NCBI RefSeq assembly: GCF_022701215.1
Contig: NZ_CP089976.1
Location: 330,001-362,000 of the forward strand
Reading direction: 5' to 3'
DNA: 32,000 nucleotides
Source: Moraxella nasovis
GTDB taxonomy: Bacteria > Pseudomonadota > Gammaproteobacteria > Pseudomonadales > Moraxellaceae
The notes under the pieces were generated by a model that worked only from the letters and a program-made list of their open reading frames with translations, was not told the origin of the DNA and made no database searches. The first letter of the stretch is position 1. The number at the start of each line of letters is the position of its first letter. A program made the position numbers and the translations under genes. This document shows positions 1 through 7,572 of the stretch, one piece after another.

Positions 1-41
1 CCTTTAAAAGCGTGTCGGTTCGAGTCCGACCACTGGTACCA
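1..41 (+). tRNA. 3-prime end of a tRNA gene (T-arm, acceptor strand, encoded CCA); the anticodon lies upstream of the window, so identity is unknown
   Basis: T stem-loop GTCGG-TTCGAGT-CCGAC, then 7-nt acceptor strand CACTGGT, discriminator A and CCA. Its last 17 nt plus the next base are repeated at 10534-10551. Confidence 0.7.
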
Positions 42-42
42 T
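25..42 (+). repeat. attL core (TCCGACCACTGGTACCAT)
   Basis: Exact 18-bp match to 10534-10551; overlaps the tRNA 3-prime end. Confidence 0.8.
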
Positions 43-164
43 TATGCTTTTTTAAAGCATTTCAAAAAAGCAAAAAATAGCCCCAAAGCCCCATAATATA
101 AAGGTTTTGGGGTTTTTTGTTATCTTAACGTTGTTGCATGGCTGTTCAAATTGTTGCATAATCC

Positions 165-183
165 TAGTACCTATTTTAGTACC
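165..183 (+). promoter_or_regulatory. Candidate arm-type integrase site TAGTACCTATTTTAGTACC (P-prime arm)
   Basis: Exact 19-bp copy also at 10454-10472 in the same orientation. It is an internal direct repeat of AGTACC. The two copies would flank the core in a circular attP. Confidence 0.45.
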
Positions 184-194
184 CAAAAATTTTC

Positions 195-1553
195 ATGTAC
201 CAAATCAAAACCGACAAACAAATAACCGCCCTAAAAGATGGCGATAAACCCTATTTTGCAGACATTTACGGCAAACCACGCTTATTCATCAAAGTAAGCC
301 CCACCAAAAAAGGCGCAAGCAAGGTATGGGTGTATCGCTATGCCAAAGATGGCAAACAGCCCAAAATCACCATCGGAGCTTACCCAACGGTTAGCATGGC
401 ACAAGCATTCACCAAATGGCAAGAGCTAAACGAGCTTATCGCACAAGGCATAGACCCCAAAGCCCATTATGATAAGATTGCCAAAGAACAAGAACGCCAA
501 GATAAAAACAAATTTAGCCTTATCTGTATGGCATGGGCTAAGACAAAAGGCTGGAAAGATAACAGTACCATAAGACGGCATAGGGATTTACAAATTTTTA
601 TTGATAGATTTGGGGATATGCCACTACACCAAATCACGCATACGGACATTGTGGAGCTGTTAAAGGACATTGAACAAAAATACCGCCAAAGGAATAATCC
701 AGAGCTACCAAGCGATAAAGCAGAGCGATGTAGGGGCTTTTTGGTTGATATGTTTGCATGGGCGTGTGTTAATGGCTATTGCATGGATAACCCCACCGCC
801 CACATTACCACCGCCAAAAAGAGCCATATTTTACAAACCGTAGAATACGGTAACCGTAAGGCATTAGTTAAACCGCTTGAATTTGGTAGGCTTATGCGTG
901 CAATTTTTGATGATGACCGCATGGACTATCATACACGCCATAACATGCTACTACTTGCCTACACAGGCGTTAGAAATGGGGATATACGGCGTATGAAATG
1001 GGCTGACTTGGATTTGGACAACGGCAAATGGGAGCTTACACCCATCAAAGGACAATCAAACAGTAATATCCGTATGATTGAAAAAATGACCGTGCCACTA
1101 TCTAGGCAAGTGATAGCCATTTTACAAGCCCAGCACCGCCTAACAGGGCAAAAAGCCCATGTATTTGCCAAAGATACCAAAGACGGCATAATATCAGATG
1201 GAGCGACCAATACCGCCCTAAAACGGCTTGGATTTCAAAATAAGCATTCATCGCATGGCTTTCGTTCAAGTGCCAAAACGCTACTGATGGGCGAGCTTGA
1301 TTATAACGACATGATAACCGAGATGATGTTAGGACACGTTATTAAGGGCGATAACCCCTATATGCGAGCGGATTTGTACGCCAAGCGGTGTGAGCTGATG
1401 CAGACATGGGCAGATTATATCGATGATTTGGCAATGGGCAAAGACACCACCCATTACAAGGGCGTGTATCGTGAAAAGCCGAGCGATATTTTGCAAGCCT
1501 TAATTAACATGATGGGTAAAGATGGGATTTTAAAGATGTTACAAGCCCCCTGA
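195..1553 (+). CDS. int: Tyrosine recombinase/integrase, P4 family
   Basis: N-terminal arm-binding-type region (ITALKDGDKPYF..LFIKVSPTKKGASKVWVYRY). C-terminal catalytic signatures LAYTGVRNGD (Arg), HGFRSS (His-x-x-Arg), MLGH. Lies directly beside the tRNA att site. Confidence 0.9.
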   Translation: MYQIKTDKQITALKDGDKPYFADIYGKPRLFIKVSPTKKGASKVWVYRYAKDGKQPKITIGAYPTVSMAQAFTKWQELNELIAQGIDPKAHYDKIAKEQERQDKNKFSLICMAWAKTKGWKDNSTIRRHRDLQIFIDRFGDMPLHQITHTDIVELLKDIEQKYRQRNNPELPSDKAERCRGFLVDMFAWACVNGYCMDNPTAHITTAKKSHILQTVEYGNRKALVKPLEFGRLMRAIFDDDRMDYHTRHNMLLLAYTGVRNGDIRRMKWADLDLDNGKWELTPIKGQSNSNIRMIEKMTVPLSRQVIAILQAQHRLTGQKAHVFAKDTKDGIISDGATNTALKRLGFQNKHSSHGFRSSAKTLLMGELDYNDMITEMMLGHVIKGDNPYMRADLYAKRCELMQTWADYIDDLAMGKDTTHYKGVYREKPSDILQALINMMGKDGILKMLQAP

Positions 1554-1567
1554 TGGGGGTTTTTTTA
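1546..1567 (+). terminator. Rho-independent terminator after int
   Basis: CCCCC-TGAT-GGGGG hairpin (the int stop codon sits in the loop) followed by a T7 run. Confidence 0.6.
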
Positions 1568-1601
1568 TGGGCTTATTTTTAAGTTTTCGCCAAAAAAGTG
1601 A

Positions 1602-1732
1602 GTAGTAACGGTAGTAAAGTAGTATAAGCCTTTATTTATAAGGGTTTAAGTATTTTTTAGAGTAGTAATTGAGTAGTAATTAGGGGGTTTAGGGTAGTAA
1701 TTGAGTAGTAAAAGTTAGTAATTAGGTAGTAA
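1602..1732 (+). repeat. Array of about 9 direct GTAGTAA / (G)AGTAGTAATT motifs
   Basis: Copies start at 1602, 1611, 1619 (variant), 1662, 1673, 1694, 1705, 1714 (variant) and 1726, in the non-coding gap between int and the brnTA promoter. Confidence 0.7.
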
Positions 1733-1830
1733 TTTTCTCTTTAAAAGTAAAAATTAAAGGGTTTTTGTTTAAGATTTTAGGACATAACGCCTTTTTAAAA
1801 AGTTGCAAATAAAAGATGATTGTTATAGAC

Positions 1831-1854
1831 TGTAATTATAAAAATGTAATTATA
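1831..1854 (+). promoter_or_regulatory. Direct repeat TGTAATTATA-N4-TGTAATTATA; candidate operator of the brnT-remnant/brnA promoter
   Basis: Two exact 10-mers about 10-35 nt upstream of the 1865 ATG. TTGCAA (1803-1808) and TATAGA (1824-1829) are a weak -35/-10 pair with only a 15-nt spacer. Confidence 0.35.
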
Positions 1855-1864
1855 AGGCTAGATA

Positions 1865-1981
1865 ATGCTTTTTGAATGGGACGAACAAAAGAACGCCATT
1901 AACCGCCAAAAGCACGGCGTAAGTTTTGAGACGGCACGCAAACTAAGCAAATCGGAGATTAAAAAATATGGCTATCGTTAG
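1865..1981 (+). pseudogene. brnT: BrnT-family (DUF497) toxin remnant, 38 aa, apparent in-frame internal deletion
   Basis: MLFEWDEQKNAINRQKHGVSFETA matches the conserved BrnT N-terminus. It runs directly into an RKxxKxExKKY-type C-terminal tail (RKLSKSEIKKYGYR). Full-length BrnT is about 90 aa. The ORF overlaps the brnA start by 14 nt. Confidence 0.6.
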
Positions 1982-2246
1982 AATGACCCTAGACCAAATC
2001 GCACAAACAGCGCTAAATCATGACGAGCTAGAACGGTTAAAAGCCCTAAAAGATGGCGATATTGATTACAGCGACATACCACCGCTTACAGATGAGCAGA
2101 TTGCCCATTTTAAGCCCACCAAGCAACAAGTAACCATGAGACTTGATAGCGATGTTTTGGCATGGCTTAAAAAAGACGGTAAGGGCTATCAGACCAAAGC
2201 CAATCGCCTATTAAGGGCGTTGATGTTGCAAGATTTACACACATAA
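1968..2246 (+). CDS. brnA: BrnA-family antitoxin
   Basis: 92 aa with DYSDIPPLTDEQ..F and VTMRLDSDVLAWLKK..GYQT..N..LR, typical of BrnA. Sits immediately downstream of the BrnT-like remnant. Confidence 0.75.
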   Translation: MAIVRMTLDQIAQTALNHDELERLKALKDGDIDYSDIPPLTDEQIAHFKPTKQQVTMRLDSDVLAWLKKDGKGYQTKANRLLRALMLQDLHT

Positions 2247-2294
2247 GAACAAAGCCCCATGATGGGATTTTTTATGTTGTTATCCCACGCCTGC

Positions 2295-2396
2295 CATGTT
2301 TACGTTTACTAATTTTTAAGTATAAGGCGATTATCATGTTTACGATATCAACATATCTATGCTATCATGTTTACGTTTTAGCAATTTTTAAACATG
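2295..2396 (+). promoter_or_regulatory. Three direct CATGTTTACG repeats plus an inverted TAAACATG upstream of fic; candidate operator
   Basis: CATGTTTACG at 2295-2304, 2335-2344 and 2366-2375. TAAACATG at 2389-2396 forms an 8-bp inverted repeat with the third copy. The block ends 10 nt before the fic ATG. Confidence 0.5.
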
Positions 2397-2406
2397 AGAT
2401 GGCATA

Positions 2407-3480
2407 ATGAGCTGGCAAGCAGATTTACCCTACAACGATTTACCGCCCCTACCGCCCATGCAAGACGTGGAAACCAAAGCCATTTTAAAATTATGCGTTG
2501 AAGCTAGGGCAAGCCTTGCAGGGCTAAGACAAGCAGGCGAGTTAATCCCAAACCAAACCATGCTAATTAACATTATTCCCTTGCTAGAAGCACAAGGCAG
2601 TAGTGAAATTGAAAATATCGTAACCACCACCGACAAACTTTTTCAATATGCCTATGATGATAACATAGCAGACCACGCCACCAAAGAAGCTTTAAGATAC
2701 CGAACCGCCCTTTATCAAGGCATACAGACAATCAAAGAACGCCCCTTAACCGCCCAAACCGCCTTAGACATTTGCCAAACCATCAAAGGCGTAAGCATGA
2801 GCATAAGAAACGGCAATGTAACCCTAAAAAACGCACTAGGGCAAACCATTTACACACCGCCTAATGACCCAAGTACTATTTTAGAACTGTTGGCAAACTG
2901 GGAGCAGTTTTTGCACGCAAATGATGACCTAGACCCCCTTGTTAAAATGGCAATTTTGCATTATCAATTTGAAGCCATACACCCTTATTTTGATGGCAAC
3001 GGACGTACAGGGCGAATATTAAATATTTTATTCTTGATTGATAAGGGCTTACTAGATTTGCCCATTTTGTATTTAAGCCGTTTTATATTGGCGAATAAGG
3101 CAGGTTATTATCATGGACTTTTGGGCGTAACCAAAAATCACGATTGGCAGGCGTGGATTAGCTACATTTTGCACGCCATCAAAGATACGAGCGAATGGAC
3201 AACCGCCAAAATTCTAGCCATCAAGGATTTGCACGCCCACACCGCCCAAACCATCAAAGACAAAGCAGGTGCTATTTATAGCCGTGAGTTGGTTGATGTG
3301 ATATTTGAAATGCCCTATTGCCGTATCACAAACCTAGTGGATAAAGGCATAGCCAAACGCCAAACAGCCAGTAACTACTTAGCTAAGTTGGTTGAAATTG
3401 GCGTATTGCAAGAAGTACGAGCTGGTAAAGAAAAGCTATTCATCAATCCTAGTTTGATTGAAGTTTTGCACAATAATTGA
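2407..3480 (+). CDS. fic: Fic family protein (class II, auto-inhibited AMPylase type) with C-terminal winged-helix region
   Basis: Canonical Fic motif [13 protein letters not shown]-terminal inhibitory motif SSEIEN fits [ST]xxxE[GN]. The C-terminal ~70 aa resemble a wHTH ([28 protein letters not shown]). Confidence 0.9.
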   Translation: MSWQADLPYNDLPPLPPMQDVETKAILKLCVEARASLAGLRQAGELIPNQTMLINIIPLLEAQGSSEIENIVTTTDKLFQYAYDDNIADHATKEALRYRTALYQGIQTIKERPLTAQTALDICQTIKGVSMSIRNGNVTLKNALGQTIYTPPNDPSTILELLANWEQFLHANDDLDPLVKMAILHYQFEAIHPYFDGNGRTGRILNILFLIDKGLLDLPILYLSRFILANKAGYYHGLLGVTKNHDWQAWISYILHAIKDTSEWTTAKILAIKDLHAHTAQTIKDKAGAIYSRELVDVIFEMPYCRITNLVDKGIAKRQTASNYLAKLVEIGVLQEVRAGKEKLFINPSLIEVLHNN

Positions 3481-3578
3481 ACCACCCAAAAACCAAAATC
3501 ACAAAAACCGCTACAAGCTATTCATAGCAAGGCTTATAGCAAGAAATGATTTTAAAAATCTTACAGGAAAACCAAAAA
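3481..3578 (+). repeat. Copy A of a ~98-bp intra-island repeat (A/C-rich, carries a CCGCTACAAG..CTTATAGC palindrome)
   Basis: Roughly 90 percent identical by eye to 6653-6753, with 1-nt indels, so it is conserved at DNA level and not protein level. Confidence 0.8.
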
Positions 3579-3839
3579 ATGATACTTGACCTACCCCCAC
3601 ACATAGAGCAAGCCATTATCGCCAAAGCACAGCAACAAGGCTTAACAGTCAATGAGCTATTAGCCAAAGATTATGCAGGCGTGAATGATGATGATATTTG
3701 GCTAGAACTGGATAAGCACGGTTTAAACGCTGACAGCATGGATATTAACGCAGATGAAGCACGCCATTTAATGCAAATTCTAGATAACCCACCACCGCCA
3801 AACCCAAAGGCAAGAGCCTTGTTATTTGGGGATAGCTGA
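3546..3839 (+). CDS. DUF1778/TacA-like RHH antitoxin (the true start may be the in-frame ATG at 3579)
   Basis: The C-terminal ..ARHLMQILDNPPPPNPKARALL is typical of DUF1778 antitoxins. ATGA stop/start overlap with the downstream GNAT toxin. The first 11 codons lie inside repeat copy A. Confidence 0.7.
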   Translation: MILKILQENQKMILDLPPHIEQAIIAKAQQQGLTVNELLAKDYAGVNDDDIWLELDKHGLNADSMDINADEARHLMQILDNPPPPNPKARALLFGDS

Positions 3840-4291
3840 TGTTTGTATTACTAGACAAATCCCATGACCGACAAGCGTTTGATTGTGGCAATGAAGCCAT
3901 TAACCGCTATTTAAAAACAATGGCGAACCAACACGCCAAAAAGAACATAGCTAAAACACACGTTTTAAGCGATGGGGCAAAGATACAGGCATTTTATACG
4001 CTATCTAACGCCCATTTTGATAATGACGGCATAATCAAGGGCTATCCTAGACAAATCCCCATCATTACCATAGGGCGTATTGGTGTAAGTAGAGATTATC
4101 AAGGGCAAGGGTTAAGTAAAAAAGCCATTCGCCACGCCCTAGAAAAAATCAAAGCCCTTAGCACCGACACAGGCATAACGTTCGCCATGATAGACGCAAA
4201 AAATGAAGCATTAGCAAGCTATTATGAGCGATTGGGCTTTATCCGTATTAACAATGGCTTAAAATTAGCTTATCCAGTTAGTCAGATTTAG
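3839..4291 (+). CDS. GNAT-family acetyltransferase toxin (TacT/AtaT-like)
   Basis: 150 aa. Acetyl-CoA motif RIGVSRDYQGQGLSKKAI (Q/RxxGxG/A). Translationally coupled to the DUF1778 gene, the standard TacAT arrangement. Confidence 0.8.
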   Translation: MFVLLDKSHDRQAFDCGNEAINRYLKTMANQHAKKNIAKTHVLSDGAKIQAFYTLSNAHFDNDGIIKGYPRQIPIITIGRIGVSRDYQGQGLSKKAIRHALEKIKALSTDTGITFAMIDAKNEALASYYERLGFIRINNGLKLAYPVSQI

Positions 4292-4341
4292 TCTTTTTTA
4301 TAATGTAGAAAAACCCTTTTTATAACTAAGGAAAAAACACC

Positions 4342-4476
4342 ATGAGTAAACCCACCAACACCAAGCCAGTTATTATGCACTTAACAGGTGAAGCAGGAAA
4401 ACGCGTAATTTTAAACTCTGCCAAACGTGTTATAAATACCCATAAAAAAGAAATTAAGGCATTGGCGGATAAATGA
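4342..4476 (+). CDS. Small putative antitoxin (44 aa) coupled to doc
   Basis: Unlisted ORF MSKPTNTKPVIMHLTGEAGKRVILNSAKRVINTHKKEIKALADK. AAGGAAAAAAC lies upstream of the ATG. ATGA overlap with the doc start. I recognise no family. Confidence 0.5.
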   Translation: MSKPTNTKPVIMHLTGEAGKRVILNSAKRVINTHKKEIKALADK

Positions 4477-4838
4477 TTGATATAGATTTTGTGATAGCCA
4501 TTCATGACGAGATTTTGGCAAATGAAAAAGGCTTAAAGGGCATTGCAAGCATGGCAAGCCTTGAAAGTTGCTTATCACGCATTGACAATCAAATGAGTTA
4601 TGAGCCATTGGATAATGTATATTTGATAGGGGCATTTTATGCCGTAGCATTAGCCAAAGCACACGCTTTTAATGATGGCAATAAAAGAACCGCCCTTGTG
4701 GTTATGTTAACTTATTTGGATATGCAAGGTATTAACATTGCCCCCAATAGCGGATTAGATGATTTGATGGTAAAAGTGGCAAGCAGTGAAATGAATTATA
4801 CCCACCTTGCAGATATTTTAAAAGATTTAACAGTTTAA
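4473..4838 (+). CDS. doc: Doc (death-on-curing) family toxin, Fic fold
   Basis: Doc variant of the Fic motif, HAFNDGNKRTA. 121 aa, a typical Doc size. Confidence 0.85.
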   Translation: MIDIDFVIAIHDEILANEKGLKGIASMASLESCLSRIDNQMSYEPLDNVYLIGAFYAVALAKAHAFNDGNKRTALVVMLTYLDMQGINIAPNSGLDDLMVKVASSEMNYTHLADILKDLTV

Positions 4839-4922
4839 ACCCTTTTAGCAGGCTAGGAGTAATTAACCGAAAGGCGGTTATTTTTCATACCTTGAACCGC
4901 CACGCCTGCTATCTTTTTTGTT

Positions 4923-4954
4923 AAGGTATGAGATATGAAAGGTATGAGATATGA
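4923..4954 (+). repeat. Perfect tandem duplication of 16 bp (AAGGTATGAGATATGA x2) covering the RBS/start of the 256-aa ORF
   Basis: 4923-4938 equals 4939-4954. It creates an extra out-of-frame ATG at 4935 that opens an 11-codon uORF ending at 4970. Confidence 0.9.
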
Positions 4955-5721
4955 AAGGCATTACCAATGATGAACTATTTAAACTTATGGATAGATTAAG
5001 CATAAATGAAATAGGGGCGTTCATTGCAGGGGCAAGCCCTAGCGATGTTTTTTGTAGTTATCAGGATAAATATTACCTAAATACCAATGAGTCTATGCCT
5101 GAAAATGCTAGCGAAGTTTTTAGTATGATAACCAAAATTTTAACAAGGGCAATTATTGCAGGGGAATTAAAAGCCCAAATTGTCATGAATGATAATGGGC
5201 AAAATTTAATACAAAATGATTTAAATAAAGATTGGTTGGCTATTGGTACAATTAACACCGCACAAACCACCATAACTAGGAATGACATAAAACAATGGCT
5301 AGAAAATAGGGGCGTATTCCCCACCGCATTTTTCCCAAATGGGCGAAAAGATGATTATATGAACCCCAATCATGATTGTTACAGCCCTGACTTGGCATTA
5401 TGTGTTAAAGCTTGGGAAGTGGCACAAACCGCCCATTATGACGGCACAACCAAAGAATTTATGGCAAACTGGATAAAGCAAAATGCCCAAGCCTACAAAT
5501 GGGAAAATCACACAAACCCCAAAGAGCTAATGGGCGATACAAAAGCAAAGGAGTTAGCAAGCGTGGCAAATTGGAATAAAAAAGGCGGAGCGGCTAAGGG
5601 CAACCCCAACTTAAAACAACCTACCCCACCATTAGAACCGCCAATGCCAATTTATGATGAATTAAAAATAAATTTACCACAAAATAGTTCTTTTTCATCA
5701 TCTGATAATGTGCCATTTTGA
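4951..5721 (+). CDS. Hypothetical protein, 256 aa, no recognisable domain; low-complexity Pro/Asn/Ser-rich C-terminal tail
   Basis: Long ORF co-oriented with the cargo genes and followed by a strong terminator. No motif recognised by eye. Confidence 0.6.
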   Translation: MKGITNDELFKLMDRLSINEIGAFIAGASPSDVFCSYQDKYYLNTNESMPENASEVFSMITKILTRAIIAGELKAQIVMNDNGQNLIQNDLNKDWLAIGTINTAQTTITRNDIKQWLENRGVFPTAFFPNGRKDDYMNPNHDCYSPDLALCVKAWEVAQTAHYDGTTKEFMANWIKQNAQAYKWENHTNPKELMGDTKAKELASVANWNKKGGAAKGNPNLKQPTPPLEPPMPIYDELKINLPQNSSFSSSDNVPF

Positions 5722-5764
5722 TAACTTACCCCACCATTTAAAAGCCTTATAAAACCTAGCTTTT

Positions 5765-5797
5765 AGCCCTTAATTTGATATTAAGGGCTTTTTATTT
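5765..5797 (+). terminator. Rho-independent terminator closing the cargo module
   Basis: AGCCCTTAA-TTTGATA-TTAAGGGCT, a 9-bp stem, followed by TTTTTATTTT. Confidence 0.75.
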
Positions 5798-5899
5798 TGG
5801 CTAAATGGTAGGCTAGGTTAATCCCTACTTGCACCGCTATTTTTACTTAAAAATCACCCCTACAATACGCCCATCGCATTTCAAACAGGAGCGTATTAT

Positions 5900-6112
5900 A
5901 TGAAAGCCATTCAACCAACCCTACCCAAAGGCGGTTTATCCACCGCCAAAGCCATTTTACCGCTATTGCCATTTAGTCGCACAACGCTATGGCGTAAATG
6001 TAATGATGGCACATTCCCAAAGCCTATCAGATTATCAAGCAATAGCACCGCATGGCGTAATGATGACGTATTAGCGTGGCTAAAAAACCCCAACGAATGG
6101 GGGCAAGCATGA
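5900..6112 (+). CDS. alpA: AlpA-family phage regulatory protein / excisionase-like HTH
   Basis: 70 aa. LPFSRTTLWRKCNDGTFPKPIRLSSNSTAWRNDDVLAWL matches the AlpA/MerR-like excisionase pattern. Confidence 0.8.
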   Translation: MKAIQPTLPKGGLSTAKAILPLLPFSRTTLWRKCNDGTFPKPIRLSSNSTAWRNDDVLAWLKNPNEWGQA

Positions 6113-6351
6113 GACCAACAGACAGCCCACGCCAAAACTTTGAGACATTTTGTGAATTTCATGACGCCCACACACAAGCCACGCACGCCATTTTAAGGGC
6201 TGGTATGGCAGACAAGCACACCTTAGCCAAAGCCGAGCTTACAGATGAATTTATGGGGCTTAGTGATGATTGTATTGCCTATTATGAATGGCTATTAGGG
6301 GCAATCAAACAGACCAAAGACAACCTACAACCAAAGATAACATGGAGCTAA
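6109..6351 (+). CDS. Hypothetical protein (80 aa from the ATG at 6109)
   Basis: This ATG overlaps the alpA stop (ATGA). The ORF-track start at 6076 would overlap alpA by 37 nt. Confidence 0.5.
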   Translation: MRPTDSPRQNFETFCEFHDAHTQATHAILRAGMADKHTLAKAELTDEFMGLSDDCIAYYEWLLGAIKQTKDNLQPKITWS

Positions 6352-6355
6352 AACA

Positions 6356-6607
6356 ATGAGCCTAAAACAAACCCTTTACAACCACCTAATGACAGGGGAA
6401 ACAATAAGCCCATTACAAGCCTTAAAACTTTTTAATTGTATGAGCCTAGCACAGCGATTAGGTGAGCTTAGGCGTGATGATGGCATACCCATTCAATCAC
6501 GCTTGCACCATGAACCAAGTGGCAAGAAATACGGCATTTATTGGCTAGATAAAGCCTACATTGCAGGCGTGAAAGCTGGCAAGATTAAGGGCTTATATGG
6601 TTATTAA
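6356..6607 (+). CDS. Small helix-turn-helix/winged-helix DNA-binding protein
   Basis: 83 aa. ISPLQALKLFNCMSLAQRLGELRRDDGIPIQS resembles small HTH proteins common in satellite/P4-like replication modules. Lies 4 nt after the previous stop. Confidence 0.55.
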   Translation: MSLKQTLYNHLMTGETISPLQALKLFNCMSLAQRLGELRRDDGIPIQSRLHHEPSGKKYGIYWLDKAYIAGVKAGKIKGLYGY

Positions 6608-6652
6608 AACTACACAGGCAACCAAAACCGAACAGCCAAAAAACCTTACAAA

Positions 6653-6753
6653 ACCACCAAAAAACCAAAATCACAAAAACCGCCACAAGCTAGACATAGC
6701 AAGGCTTGTAGCAAGAAATGATTTTTAAAAATATGACAGGAAAAACCAAAAAA
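6653..6753 (+). repeat. Copy B of the ~98-bp intra-island repeat (carries the CCGCCACAAG..CTTGTAGC palindrome)
   Basis: Aligns with 3481-3578. Sits at the head of a ~560-bp stretch with no convincing gene, before the replication genes. Confidence 0.8.
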
Positions 6754-7165
6754 CTACACCGCCAAAAAAAACTACACAAAACCGAGCCAAAAAAAATACC
6801 GCCTAGCCAATCTATGCTAAGCGGTGTAACCGATAGGAGTATTCTACATGAATATAATTCAAAAAACAACGGCAAAACGTGAATTTATTTCACTTGCTAA
6901 AATCAACGAATGCTTGCAAAATAGCGTTCTCTCTCAAAAATGTAAAGCGGTTCGCCATACCGCCCAAACTGGCTTTTTTATTGCCTATTCACAGGGCAAG
7001 CCCACCATATCTAACGCCTTTTGGTGTTATTCTCTTATGGTGTGGTTGATACTACAAAATAAGCCATTTGGCGAATATGTAGAGCGGTTACTTTACATAC
7101 CGAGAGTGAGACCACACCACCCTTTTGCAGGGCTTTTACTCAAAAATTGTAAAGGAGCGTATTCC

Positions 7166-7402
7166 ATGAATACCAGCATTCTCAATCATTCCCTAACCGT
7201 CTTAACAGACGAATACCACCGCTATAATGAGCGACACGCACAAAACCCTTATCAAGGCTATTGTGAGCGTGCCAATGCCATTTATAACGCCATACACGCC
7301 CTAAAATCGCTTAATAACGCCCCTTTTGCTACCTATGCACCACCTAAGCCTAAAAGTACCTTAAAACGCATTCTAGGCGTATTTAAAGGGGGTGCAAAAT
7401 GA
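7166..7402 (+). CDS. Hypothetical protein (78 aa; internal start of the 184-aa track ORF)
   Basis: AAAGGAGCGTATT RBS 5 nt upstream of the ATG at 7166. The same AGGAGCGTATT RBS precedes alpA at 5888. The part upstream of 7166 looks non-coding. Confidence 0.5.
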   Translation: MNTSILNHSLTVLTDEYHRYNERHAQNPYQGYCERANAIYNAIHALKSLNNAPFATYAPPKPKSTLKRILGVFKGGAK

Positions 7403-7572
7403 GACACCAAGAAACCTATATCGTAATTAGCCATGAGCTAAACGTTCGTAAAGAGTTTGGCGATAAAGACACCGCCATTTTGTTTTATGAGCAGTTAAAA
7501 CAAGATTTCCCCAAAGCCAAAATAGACGGCTATACCAACATACAAATTACCGATGAATGGGGGCAAGCATGA
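7399..7572 (+). CDS. Hypothetical protein, 57 aa (unlisted ORF)
   Basis: MRHQETYIVISHELNVRKEFGDKDTAILFYEQLKQDFPKAKIDGYTNIQITDEWGQA. ATGA overlaps at both ends chain it into the operon. Confidence 0.5.
   Translation: MRHQETYIVISHELNVRKEFGDKDTAILFYEQLKQDFPKAKIDGYTNIQITDEWGQA

Noticed and set aside
1-41. Assigning the partial tRNA as ssrA (tmRNA), selC or leuX, the common P4-type integration targets
   Set aside because: The acceptor strand CACTGGT-A-CCA does not match the tmRNA or tRNA-Sec ends I know, and the anticodon is outside the window. Identity is left open.
6690-6882. Two small ORFs in the A-rich spacer: 6718-6882 (+), a 54-aa very Lys-rich ORF, and 6690-6875 (-), 61 aa
   Set aside because: Both are explained by the extreme A/C (or T/G) composition. 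The + ORF starts inside repeat copy B, whose copy A is read in a different frame. Nothing supports coding.
6848-7165. N-terminal 106 codons of the 184-aa track ORF (6848-7402)
   Set aside because: The translated sequence is Cys/Trp/His-rich and does not look protein-like. The region has stem structures, and a strong RBS plus ATG occurs at 7166. Only the 78-aa C-terminal part was kept as a gene.
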